64,000 nucleotides of DNA from an uncultured Gemmatimonadales bacterium (GTDB taxonomy: Bacteria > Gemmatimonadota > Gemmatimonadetes > Gemmatimonadales > GWC2-71-9): positions 256,001-320,000 of the forward strand of contig CAVOGR010000002.1 of NCBI GenBank assembly GCA_963695555.1. Reading direction: 5' to 3'. Shown here piece by piece: positions 10,981 to 19,696 of this stretch (within the stretch, counting starts at the first letter, position 1; every line of letters starts with the position of its first letter). Under the pieces are notes generated by a model, which worked only from the letters and a program-made list of their open reading frames with translations, was not told the DNA's origin and searched no databases. The position numbers and the translations under genes were made by a program.

Positions 10981-11304
10981 ATGTCGCTCGCCGAGATTCA
11001 ACAGCGGGTCGATCAATGGATCGACCAGTACAAGATCGGGTACTTCCAGCCTCTCACCAACATCGCCCGCCTCACCGAGGAGGTCGGCGAGCTCGCGCGT
11101 GAGGTGAACCACCGCTTCGGTCAGAAGCCGAAGAAGGAAGAGGAGCCCCCGGGCGACTTGGGCATGGAGATGGCCGACATTCTATTCGTCATCGTATGCA
11201 TGGCCAATCGCGAGGGCATCGACCTCGACGAGGCGTTCGAGCGCATGATGAAGAAGGTCGAGCGGCGCGATGCAGACCGATGGGTCAAGAAGGAGAAGGA
11301 GTAA
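10981..11304 (+). CDS. MazG-like nucleotide pyrophosphohydrolase (YpjD-like)
   Basis: RLTEEVGELAR and EMADILF ExxE/ExxD motifs. Confidence 0.9.
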   Translation: MSLAEIQQRVDQWIDQYKIGYFQPLTNIARLTEEVGELAREVNHRFGQKPKKEEEPPGDLGMEMADILFVIVCMANREGIDLDEAFERMMKKVERRDADRWVKKEKE

Positions 11305-11314
11305 CCGGCGCCCG

Positions 11315-12223
11315 TTATTCCCAGGGCTTGGGTGCGGCTTTCACCTCACCGAGCAACACCAGGTAGCTCCTGTAGCGATCGTCCTGGATCGTCCCGTTTG
11401 CGACAGCCTCCAGGACGGCGCAATCCGGCTCGTGCAGGTGCCGGCAATCGCCAAAGCGGCATTGGGCCATGAGGGGCCGGAATTCAGGGAAGCAGTCTGC
11501 CAACTCGCCTGGCTCGACACCCCAGAGCCCCACCTCGCTAAATCCTGGTGTGTCGATCACGAAGCCCCCCACAGTGAGCGGGATCATGACCGCCGAGACG
11601 GTAGTCTGCCGTCCGCGGCGAATTTTGGCGCTGATCTCCCGCACGCGAAGTTTGAGGCCCGACTCGACCGCGTTCAGCAGGCTGGACTTCCCGGCTCCCG
11701 AGGGTCCGGTCACGACGCTGGCCCTGCCGAGCAAGCCTTTGCGAAACTCCTCGATGCCTTGGCCGGTCGTGGCGCTGGTGAGGTAAACTGAGTAGCCGGC
11801 GGACCGGAACCGCTCGGCCAACGCCTCGCCCGGGGCCAGGTCGATCTTGTTGATCGCCACGGCGGCACTCAGGTGATTGACCTCGGCGATCGCGAGGTGG
11901 CGGTCGAGGAGTTGGAGTACCGGTGCGGGGTCGATGGTCGCCGTCACCACCACCACCTGATCCACATTGGCCACGACCGGGCGGAGCCCTCGTCCCTCAG
12001 GCACGCGACGCGCGAGCACAGTCCGGCGAGGCTCCACGCTGGTGATTGCGTGAAGGCCCTCGCGCTGGCCAGCCTCCAAGGAGACAACGTCTCCGACGAC
12101 AACCTTTGGCCCCTCGTCTTTGGCCTTCCCGCTCAGCACAGCGCGGACCGTACCCCTGGCCGTCGCGATGTGATAGACCGAGCCGTCGCGCTCGAGCACG
12201 GTTCCGGTCAACGCGGCGGTCAC
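11315..12223 (-). CDS. rsgA: Ribosome small subunit-dependent GTPase A
   Basis: Circularly permuted GTPase NKID...GPSGAGKSS...DTPG, C-terminal CRFGDCRHLHEPDC zinc site; GTG start coupled to the upstream stop. Confidence 0.95.
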   Translation of the reverse strand: MTAALTGTVLERDGSVYHIATARGTVRAVLSGKAKDEGPKVVVGDVVSLEAGQREGLHAITSVEPRRTVLARRVPEGRGLRPVVANVDQVVVVTATIDPAPVLQLLDRHLAIAEVNHLSAAVAINKIDLAPGEALAERFRSAGYSVYLTSATTGQGIEEFRKGLLGRASVVTGPSGAGKSSLLNAVESGLKLRVREISAKIRRGRQTTVSAVMIPLTVGGFVIDTPGFSEVGLWGVEPGELADCFPEFRPLMAQCRFGDCRHLHEPDCAVLEAVANGTIQDDRYRSYLVLLGEVKAAPKPWE

Positions 12224-12537
12224 CACTCTCCTGGGGCAGTCGCGATCGCCTCGTCCAACGCCGCTTTCACGTCGAACAGTGACAGAGCTTTGAGACGCTC
12301 TTCCGATTCTTCCCGCGTTCGGCCCCACGCGAGATACTCGGTCTCCACGTGACCAACCGCGCTCGTGCCTTCCGGGGACCAACGAATGAAGAGAAGGGCC
12401 GCGCCGTAGCGACCGGTACCGTCTGGCTCGTCATCGGTGAAGATGCCGACCGAATACGCTTGGTCGTCGCTGCCGCGAAACGCAGCGGCACGCCCATGCT
12501 TCTCCATATACCCGCCTAGTGTGACTTCGGGCTTCAC
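12220..12537 (-). CDS. Hypothetical protein (105 aa)
   Basis: GTG start overlaps the proline dehydrogenase stop, and its stop overlaps the rsgA start. Confidence 0.7.
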   Translation of the reverse strand: MKPEVTLGGYMEKHGRAAAFRGSDDQAYSVGIFTDDEPDGTGRYGAALLFIRWSPEGTSAVGHVETEYLAWGRTREESEERLKALSLFDVKAALDEAIATAPGEW

Positions 12538-13466
12538 GAGCTCGGCCGCATCTCCCGCAGGATATTGCCCAACATGAACGCCACATTCGATGGGCGTTCG
12601 GCCAGTCGCCGCATCAGATAGGGATACCATTGGCTGCCGAAGGGTATGTAGACCCGCACGCGGGCCCCGCTCTCACGCAACTGCCGCTGGAGATCGCGGC
12701 GCACCCCGTACAACATCTGAAATTCAAACCGGTCAGCAGCAAGCCCGTGCTGGGCCACGAAACCTTGGGCGTGACGAATAATGCGTTCGTCGTGCGTCGC
12801 GATCGCCGGGTAATGCCCGTGGAGGAGCAGGCGTTCCATGAGGGTGATGAAGTTGGCATCGACATCGGCCTTCTTGGGAAAGGCCACGTCCGGTGGCTCG
12901 AGATAGGCACCCTTGCACAAGCGGACCCGAACGCCGTCTGCAATGAGGCGCTGGACGTCGTCTGCCGAGCGACGGAGGGCCGATTGGATGACGACGCCGG
13001 TGTGGGCTCCAAAGTGTGGGCCAATCTTACTGCGGTAGAATTCGAGCGTTCGTTGGGTGTAGTCGGAACTCTCCATATCGATCCGCACAAACCCACCGTG
13101 CTCCATCGCCTTGGACGCGATGGCGGACACGTTCGCCGCGCAGAGGCCTTCGTCGATGTCGAATCCCATCTGCGTTAGCTTGACGGAAACGTTCACCTCG
13201 AGGTCGTTGGCTTTGAGCTGGCCGAGCAATACCAGGTATTGATCGCGGGCGGCCTGGGCGGCCGGAGGGGCGTCGACACTCTCTCCCAGGAAGTCGACGG
13301 TCGCTCCGACGGTCAGGTCCCGGAGGCTGAGGGCTGCGGCCACCGCGTCGTCCACCGTTTCACCGGCCACGAACCGCGAGGCCATGCGCCAGGCCAGCCG
13401 GTTTCGGCGGACGAAGCGGTAGACTCCTCGGCGTTCAGAGAGCCAGAGCAGTCCTCGTCGCAGCAT
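12534..13466 (-). CDS. Monofunctional proline dehydrogenase
   Basis: SVKLTQMG, RIDME, RLCKGAY, ATHD, EFQMLYG, YLMRRLAERP. Confidence 0.95.
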   Translation of the reverse strand: MLRRGLLWLSERRGVYRFVRRNRLAWRMASRFVAGETVDDAVAAALSLRDLTVGATVDFLGESVDAPPAAQAARDQYLVLLGQLKANDLEVNVSVKLTQMGFDIDEGLCAANVSAIASKAMEHGGFVRIDMESSDYTQRTLEFYRSKIGPHFGAHTGVVIQSALRRSADDVQRLIADGVRVRLCKGAYLEPPDVAFPKKADVDANFITLMERLLLHGHYPAIATHDERIIRHAQGFVAQHGLAADRFEFQMLYGVRRDLQRQLRESGARVRVYIPFGSQWYPYLMRRLAERPSNVAFMLGNILREMRPSS

Positions 13467-13683
13467 GCTCGGCAGCGGGCTCCGTTCACAAGGGGTTCAC
13501 GTGCGGGGGATCACTTCCCGGGGCGCCCCGAAACTAGTCCCGCCGCTCGCGGCCTACAAGACGGGCAACGACCCCACACCGGGGTGTCGCACAGTGCCAC
13601 CCAGGGCCCGGGTCGAGACAAGGTGGTTGGTTTTAACTCGTTGTCATAAAAGAACTTAATGTGTTGGTCCGCGAGGGAAATTG

Positions 13684-13699
13684 TGGCATGAGTCTCGCT
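13684..13699 (+). promoter_or_regulatory. sigma54 promoter upstream of the riboswitch
   Basis: TGGCATGAGTCTCGCT, GG-N10-GC; AT-rich tract just upstream. Confidence 0.6.
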
Positions 13700-13761
13700 G
13701 TTTCGTGGGGTGCGGGCAGAGGCCCGCGCAGCAAAAAAACTCGATTGGAACGGACACACGA

Positions 13762-13852
13762 TCCGCCCGATAAGAGCACACCCGGAGCGATCCGGGGCCG
13801 CAAAACTAGAGGTCTCCCCTAGCGGGTGAGATAGCTCGGTGCCGAAGGTGGA
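13762..13852 (+). ncRNA. GEMM-I (c-di-GMP-I family) riboswitch, A20 variant (candidate 3',3'-cGAMP sensor)
   Basis: P1 TCCGCC/GGTGGA; GCACACC-CGGA-GCGA-TCCG-GGG-CCGCAAAAC (GNRA-capped P2); GGTCT...GATAG receptor stem; TGCCGAA 3' end. Confidence 0.85.
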
Positions 13853-13863
13853 AGGCAGTGCGG

Positions 13864-13897
13864 AGCGTGATCCCAGCAAGGGTCGCGCTTTTGTGTT
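13864..13897 (+). terminator. Intrinsic terminator of the riboswitch expression platform
   Basis: AGCGTGATCC-CAGCAA-GGGTCGCGCT followed by TTTGTGTT, 22 nt before the ATG. Confidence 0.7.
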
Positions 13898-13919
13898 AAA
13901 TCGGGCGTGGGAGCCGCAA

Positions 13920-14381
13920 ATGCCTCTCACGCTACACATCCTGAAACGCTGGGCCCAACTGGCCTGCGCCTTTGCCCCGGTGGCAATCGGCGGGTGCAGT
14001 GCCTTCGAGCCAAGCGACATTCCAGCTGGGGCCATTCCCATGGACCCTCCGGCGCACTTCACCGAGTGGTGGGCGCGCACGGAGCAGTGTTCGGGCTTGA
14101 CGGGATCCATGGCGCCGATCCACTGGTACGTGATGCCGAACGTCTCCTCGTTCCAGACGGACATCGGAGAGAAGGTCGGCCTCTGGATCAAGACCCAATC
14201 GCACGTCGCGATCGTCCTGGCGGAAACCTATGCCGATCACGAGTTAGTAGTGCGCCACGAGATGCTCCACCAGCTACTCCAGCGCGCGGGGCATCCGGCG
14301 GACTACTTCGATGGCAAATGCGGCCTGACCTGGGAGCGCTGGAGCGGTGGCCCGACGATGATGGCATCATCGAGGACGTAA
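13920..14381 (+). CDS. Small putative lipoprotein with HEXXH zinc motif
   Basis: Signal-like N-terminus ending IGGC; VVRHEMLHQLL...GH; two further Cys. Confidence 0.7.
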   Translation: MPLTLHILKRWAQLACAFAPVAIGGCSAFEPSDIPAGAIPMDPPAHFTEWWARTEQCSGLTGSMAPIHWYVMPNVSSFQTDIGEKVGLWIKTQSHVAIVLAETYADHELVVRHEMLHQLLQRAGHPADYFDGKCGLTWERWSGGPTMMASSRT

Positions 14382-14416
14382 GCCGGCGGGCGCCCCTCGA
14401 TGCCCGCGAACAAACA

Positions 14417-14458
14417 TCAACGGGGCGTGGAGTGTCATCCACGCCCCGTTGACGTTTT
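14417..14458 (+). terminator. Intrinsic terminator (may be bidirectional)
   Basis: Perfect 15-bp stem TCAACGGGGCGTGGA/TCCACGCCCCGTTGA then CGTTTT, between convergent genes. Confidence 0.8.
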
Positions 14459-14471
14459 GAGTACTCGTGTG

Positions 14472-15323
14472 CTATCGGGTGAACTGTGTTACAAGACGAT
14501 CGAGGCTGGGATTGCCCACCCCGGTGAAGGTTCCCGTAAAGACCCTCGGCGGCTGACCCACGACTTGTAGCGTGACCACGTAGTTCGATTCGGCCTCGCC
14601 GCAGTCATCGAAGTACACCAGGTTGACCGTATAGCTGCCTGTCGGCGCCCCCCCGGTTGGCCACACGATGTTTTCGTTGTTGATGCCGTCGATAGCGCAT
14701 GCGGGATTGGAATCGAGATCCAACACCCCACCGCTCGCGGACGCACGATTGGCGAAGTAGACCTCTTCCTGGGCCGGATCGATCACGTGGAGATCGACAT
14801 CGGTCGGAGCATCCCACCACACGCTCGCCTGCACATCTCCCGTGGCAACCTGAATGATCCGGACGGCACTCGAGGCCGGTGTGCCCAATCCCCCACCTTG
14901 CGCGGCGGCCCCGAACAAGAACGTGGTATTGCTGGGACGCGCCTGGCGGCTCACCGACGCAATCAGGTCCGCCGACGACACCGGCGCGGGGAACGTCAGC
15001 TCGTAGTAGCCTTCGAGCCCCTGCACCGACACGACGACGCGGGCAAAGGGGGCGCTCCCAGTGGCCTCGACCTGGAAGCTACCGCCGTTGATGGCCGTCG
15101 GCGTGGCGTCGACCGTGACCGACGGTCCGCCCGCGGCAGCTGGTCGTCCGCCCTGACGCAGCACGCCGATCACGGCGCCGTCGGCCGTGGCGAGGCGGGT
15201 GACGATGTCCTGGATGTCCGGCAAGATCCCGGTGGGTTCGCTGTCACAGCCGCTGGCACCAACCCAGGCGAGTGCGAGCGCGAGCGCGAGGCCCTGCTTG
15301 CGAATGAACTGGAGTGCTGACAC
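14472..15323 (-). CDS. Lipoprotein with C-terminal YfaP/DUF2135-like beta domain
   Basis: AGGAG + GTG start, lipobox ASGC, WDAPTDVDLHVIDP...LDLD...ENI. Confidence 0.75.
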   Translation of the reverse strand: MSALQFIRKQGLALALALAWVGASGCDSEPTGILPDIQDIVTRLATADGAVIGVLRQGGRPAAAGGPSVTVDATPTAINGGSFQVEATGSAPFARVVVSVQGLEGYYELTFPAPVSSADLIASVSRQARPSNTTFLFGAAAQGGGLGTPASSAVRIIQVATGDVQASVWWDAPTDVDLHVIDPAQEEVYFANRASASGGVLDLDSNPACAIDGINNENIVWPTGGAPTGSYTVNLVYFDDCGEAESNYVVTLQVVGQPPRVFTGTFTGVGNPSLDRLVTQFTR

Positions 15324-15581
15324 GCGACGACTCCTGCTGGAGTGAGTGATCTCGATCACGCGACAAACAAATGCCGGGATCGCCGGATATTCGCCGGTGC
15401 CGAGGGCAATCAGGATGCGTGCCACCGCGTGATGGGCGGACGAGGGCCCGGATTCAGCGGCCCTAACTGCCCTTTTTGGCTTGAGTTATCGCTCTGGAAC
15501 AGGAAATGGGCGCGGTGGGAGAACCGATGCCGCATCTAGAAATCGGCAACGGGGTTTGGCAGGCCGCAAGGGTTCGGAGCC

Positions 15582-17717
15582 CTAGGCGGCCGTCGGATAG
15601 TAGGTGTCGCCGCGCTGGGCCATGTCCACGAGACCTTGGGCCGGGGCGAACCGAGGCCCGAAGGCCGCCTCGAGAGCGCGCAGTACTCCCACGACCTTGG
15701 CAGGCCCGAGATCGTCGATCATCCGAAGGGGCCCGCCACGAAACGGCGGGAATCCGAAGCCGAAGATTGCTCCGATGTCGCCGTCCCGCGGATTCCGCAC
15801 CACACCCTCGGCCAGCGCCATGGCCGCCTCGTTCAGCAGGGAGTACACCAGGCGCTGCTCGATGGTCTCGGGGCTTACCGCGTCGGCGGCCCGAACCCCG
15901 AGCAGGGAATAGACCGATTCATCCGGACCCTGCTTGTGTCCTTTCCGATACAGGTAAAATCCGCGTCCGTTCTTCCGTCCCTGCCGCTTGTCGACGACCA
16001 GCTTCCCCATGGCATCCGCGGGCCGCAGCCGGTCACCAAACGCGTGGTGCATTACGGATCCACCCTTGTGCGCCACGTCGAGCCCGACTTCATCTAGCAA
16101 TGCCAGTGGGCCAACCGGAAATCCGAAGCGGGTCATGGCCCGGTCGATGGCGTCGATCGGGGTTCCCTCGGCAAGGAGATGGCCGGCTTCGTTGAGGTAG
16201 GGCGAAAGGATGCGGTTGACCCAGAATCCTGGGCGGTCGCCCACCACGATCACCGTCTTGCCCATCTTCTTGCCAAACGCCACCGCTGTCACAATGGCGT
16301 CGGGAGCTGTCAGTTCGCCGGGAATGATCTCGAGCAGTGGCATCTTGTCGACCGGCGAAAAGAAGTGCATACCCAGCACTCGTTCCGGGTGGCTGGCCTC
16401 GGCGGCGATGTCGGTAATCGGTATGGTGGACGTATTGGTAGCGACAATTGCGTCGTCGCGAAGAGCTGCTTCGATTTCCGCCAACACTTTCCGCTTGACA
16501 TCGAGATCTTCGAATACCGCTTCAATCACGAGATCGGCTAATCCGAAGCCGTCATAGGAAACCGTCCCCGACAAGAGCGCCTCGAGGCGGGCATGCTCGA
16601 ACTTGGAGATGCGTCGTTTTTTCAGCCGAACGTCGAGGATCTTGCGGGCCGCTCGGAGTCCGCCTGCAACGCGCGCCAAGTCGGTATCCTTGAGCCGGAC
16701 CCCGACCCCTGCCTTGGTGACCGCCGTTCCGGCGATCGCTGCACCCATGAATCCCGATCCCACGACGCCCATGTTCTCGATCGCGTGCGGGGTGGCGCTG
16801 CCCGCAGGCACACCGTCGTCCTTCTTCAGGGCCGTCGTCGCGAAGAAGATCTGAACCAGTTTGCGGGAAACGTCGCCTACGGCGAGCTCGCCGAATTTTC
16901 CGTGTTCTACCCGAAGGCCTTCGGTCATCCCTTTCTCGAGGCCGGTCCGGACGGCGTCCAGTGCCGCGAGAGGCGCCGGATAGTGGCCGCCGCCCTTCTT
17001 TTCGAGTTGGCGCCGTGCCCCGGCGTAGACTACACGACGGCCGAGCGGATTGCCGTCGAGTAGCCACCCCATGAGACCACCGGGGCGGCGGCGTTTCTGG
17101 ATTCCGCGCTCGACCAGGCGGCTGGCGGCTTGGCGTGCCACGGCTTCCATGATGGCGGGAGGGACCACCTCGTCCACGAGGCCCAGGCGGCGTGACTTGG
17201 CTGCCGGCACAGACCGACCCGTCAGAATCATGTCGAGCGCCGCCCTGGCGCCAATCAATCGCGGGAGGCGTTGGCAGCCACCCGCACCCGGCAGGAGACC
17301 GAGCTGGACCTCGGGTAAGCCGAGTTGGGTCTTTTGGTCGTCCGTTGCGATGCGGTAGTGGCAGGCCAGGGCCAATTCCAGTCCACCGCCCAGGCAGGTG
17401 CCATTGATCGCCGCCACGATGGGCTTGGGGCTCGATGCCACCCGGTTGATCATTTCCTGCCCATTCCTGCTCAACGCCTCCGCTTCCTCTTGCGTCTGGA
17501 TGGCGGTGAACTCTTCGATGTCGGCACCCGCGATGAAGTTGCCGGGCTTGCCGGAGCGAAGGACGAACGCGTGCACGCGTTCGTCCGTCTTGAGTTCGGA
17601 AAAGAGAGTTTCGAACTCGCGCCGGGCATCGGCGTTCAGCACATTGACCGGTTGGTCGGGAAGATCGAATGTGATGACGGCGATCCCCTCGTCGATGGAT
17701 ACCTGAAAGGCCGGCAT
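15582..17717 (-). CDS. fadJ: Fatty acid oxidation complex alpha subunit (enoyl-CoA hydratase/3-hydroxyacyl-CoA dehydrogenase)
   Basis: AGADI, GGGLELALAC, PEVQLGLLPG, GSGFMG, EAVFE, NTS, GMHFFSP. Confidence 0.93.
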   Translation of the reverse strand: MPAFQVSIDEGIAVITFDLPDQPVNVLNADARREFETLFSELKTDERVHAFVLRSGKPGNFIAGADIEEFTAIQTQEEAEALSRNGQEMINRVASSPKPIVAAINGTCLGGGLELALACHYRIATDDQKTQLGLPEVQLGLLPGAGGCQRLPRLIGARAALDMILTGRSVPAAKSRRLGLVDEVVPPAIMEAVARQAASRLVERGIQKRRRPGGLMGWLLDGNPLGRRVVYAGARRQLEKKGGGHYPAPLAALDAVRTGLEKGMTEGLRVEHGKFGELAVGDVSRKLVQIFFATTALKKDDGVPAGSATPHAIENMGVVGSGFMGAAIAGTAVTKAGVGVRLKDTDLARVAGGLRAARKILDVRLKKRRISKFEHARLEALLSGTVSYDGFGLADLVIEAVFEDLDVKRKVLAEIEAALRDDAIVATNTSTIPITDIAAEASHPERVLGMHFFSPVDKMPLLEIIPGELTAPDAIVTAVAFGKKMGKTVIVVGDRPGFWVNRILSPYLNEAGHLLAEGTPIDAIDRAMTRFGFPVGPLALLDEVGLDVAHKGGSVMHHAFGDRLRPADAMGKLVVDKRQGRKNGRGFYLYRKGHKQGPDESVYSLLGVRAADAVSPETIEQRLVYSLLNEAAMALAEGVVRNPRDGDIGAIFGFGFPPFRGGPLRMIDDLGPAKVVGVLRALEAAFGPRFAPAQGLVDMAQRGDTYYPTAA

Positions 17718-17740
17718 GGTCTCGACTCCTCTGGGGACGG

Positions 17741-19035
17741 TTAGGCCAGCTCGAGAACGAGCGCGAACCCCATCCCACCTTGGGCGCAGATGGAAACGAG
17801 GCCGAATTGTGCGTCCCGCCGCTTCATCTCGTTGGCGAGCGTGGTCACCACCCGGGCGCCGGTGGCCCCGAAGGGATGGCCGATCGCGATCGAGCCACCC
17901 ATGACGTTGGTCTTGTCCCAGTCGACCTCACCAACGGGTTCACTGCGACCGAGGCGCGTGGCCCACTCCGTCGAGCCCCAAGCTTGCTCGTTCGACAGGA
18001 CCTGCGCCGCAAACGCCTCGTGGATCTCGACAACGCCGAGATCTCGCCAACCGATACCGGCCCGCTCCAACGCCGAGGGGACTGCAAACGCCGGTCCCAT
18101 CAACAGCTGCCAGTCCGGATCGACCGCGCTCACGGCATAGCTGCGAATGAAGGCAAGCGGCTCGTGGCCGAGGGCTCGCGCCTTGTCCTCGGCCATGAGG
18201 ATGACGGCGGCGGCCCCGTCGGTGAGGGGGAGCTGTTGCCCGCTGTCACGGTGCCATATCGCCGGTCGAAGGCCGGCCGGAGCTTGGCGAGCGCCTCCAA
18301 GGTGGTGTCCGGGCGGATCCCGTTATCGGTTGTAATGACGTCCTCTCCCTCGCGCACGTCGAGCCAGGGTACGATCTCAGCGGTCAGGCGACCGTCCGCG
18401 GTAGCGGCAGCTGCCCGGTGGTGGCTCATCAGGGCGAATCGATCCTGCGCCTCTCGGGAGATGTCGTTCTCCTTCGCCATCTTCTCGGCCGACTGACCCA
18501 TCGACTGCCCCGTCGAAGGCTCGGCAATGGCGGGGGCAATCGGAATGAGATCGCGAGGGCGGAGCCGGAGAAAGGCGCCCAGGCGCGCGCCCACGGAGCG
18601 CGCCTTGCTCGCCTGGACCAGGATTTCGCTGAAACGCCGGGAGTGTAGGATGGGGACTTGAGACAACGACTCGACTCCCCCGGCAAGCACGACATCCGCA
18701 TGGCCAAGGGCAATCTGATCGTGTCCGGAGGTGATGGCTTGCGCGGCCGAGGCGCAGGCGCGATTGAGCGAGAAGGCCGGAACCGTGCGCGGGAATTGGG
18801 GCAGCAGGCTCACTTCGCGTGCCACATTCGGGGTCAGGACGGAGGGCACGACTTGGCCGAAGATGACTTCGTCCACCTCGGAGCCCCGAAGGTCCGCTCG
18901 ATGGAGGAGCTCCTTGGCGACGTAGCGTGCCAGGCGGACGGGTGCGACATCGCGAAACGCGGTCCCTGCCTTAGCGAACGGTGTCCGTATTCCGCTGATG
19001 ATGGCCACTCGACGGCCTGCCGGAGCGGTTGTCAT
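17741..19035 (-). CDS. fadI: Acetyl-CoA C-acyltransferase (thiolase), split by a 1-nt frameshift at the G-run 18226-18230
   Basis: RTPF, NRACAS, TAGNSS(PLTDGA restored with one more C), GGSIAIGHPFGATG, ICAQGG. Confidence 0.9.
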
Positions 19036-19150
19036 AGTGGAAAGCCCTTCCCCCTGGGTTGCCATTGGGGCCGTGCCCCATCGATTATCTCAGGAACGCC
19101 GGTGTGACACATCGAATTGATGCGGGCGCTCGACCTCGAACCATGGCGAC

Positions 19151-19696
19151 TCATCGGTTCTGGGCCACCACACTCGCCACCGCTCGCCACGTCTGGGCAT
19201 CGACCGGTTCGGTGACTTCCCGGCAGTGGATCACATCGAGCGGTGCCACGAGGCCGGGCAACTCCCCCGGTCGAAGCAAGTGCTCCTCACTCTGCGGGCC
19301 CCAGCCGAGGTCTCGTTGAGCGAGCGAGTAGGTTTCCATCAACAAGACGCCGCCAGGGGCAAGGCGATCCCGGACGTCGCCAATGCGGGACCGATCGAGG
19401 TAGTTGAACATCAAGACGATGTCGAACTGGCCGAGATCAGGCCAGGGAGCCTGGAGATCGACCTGTCGGAAATCTATCGAGACCCCTGCTTGGCCGGCCG
19501 CTGCCTGAGCGTCGGACAGCTTGGCCGCGTCACGGTCGAGCGCGATCACCGTGGCCCCACGGCCGGCCGCGGCGATGCTGTGCCTCCCTCTGCCACAGGC
19601 AAGGTCGAGCACCCGGACACCGGGAGTGATCAGGTAATCATGCCAGACGAACCAGGTACTGGGTCGGGCGAGGGCGGCAAGCGACGGTATGGACAC
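19151..19696 (-). CDS. Class I SAM-dependent methyltransferase (TehB-like)
   Basis: VLDLACGRGRH, FDIVLMFNYLDR, LAPGG; start uncertain. Confidence 0.82.
   Translation of the reverse strand: MSIPSLAALARPSTWFVWHDYLITPGVRVLDLACGRGRHSIAAAGRGATVIALDRDAAKLSDAQAAAGQAGVSIDFRQVDLQAPWPDLGQFDIVLMFNYLDRSRIGDVRDRLAPGGVLLMETYSLAQRDLGWGPQSEEHLLRPGELPGLVAPLDVIHCREVTEPVDAQTWRAVASVVAQNR

Noticed and set aside
13511..14191. 226-aa minus-strand ORF across the riboswitch region
   Set aside because: No motifs, and it overlaps a better-supported promoter, riboswitch and plus-strand gene
15410..15424. TGGCACGCATCCTGA as a sigma54 promoter for the lipoprotein gene
   Set aside because: Good -24 box but GA instead of GC at -12; too weak to call
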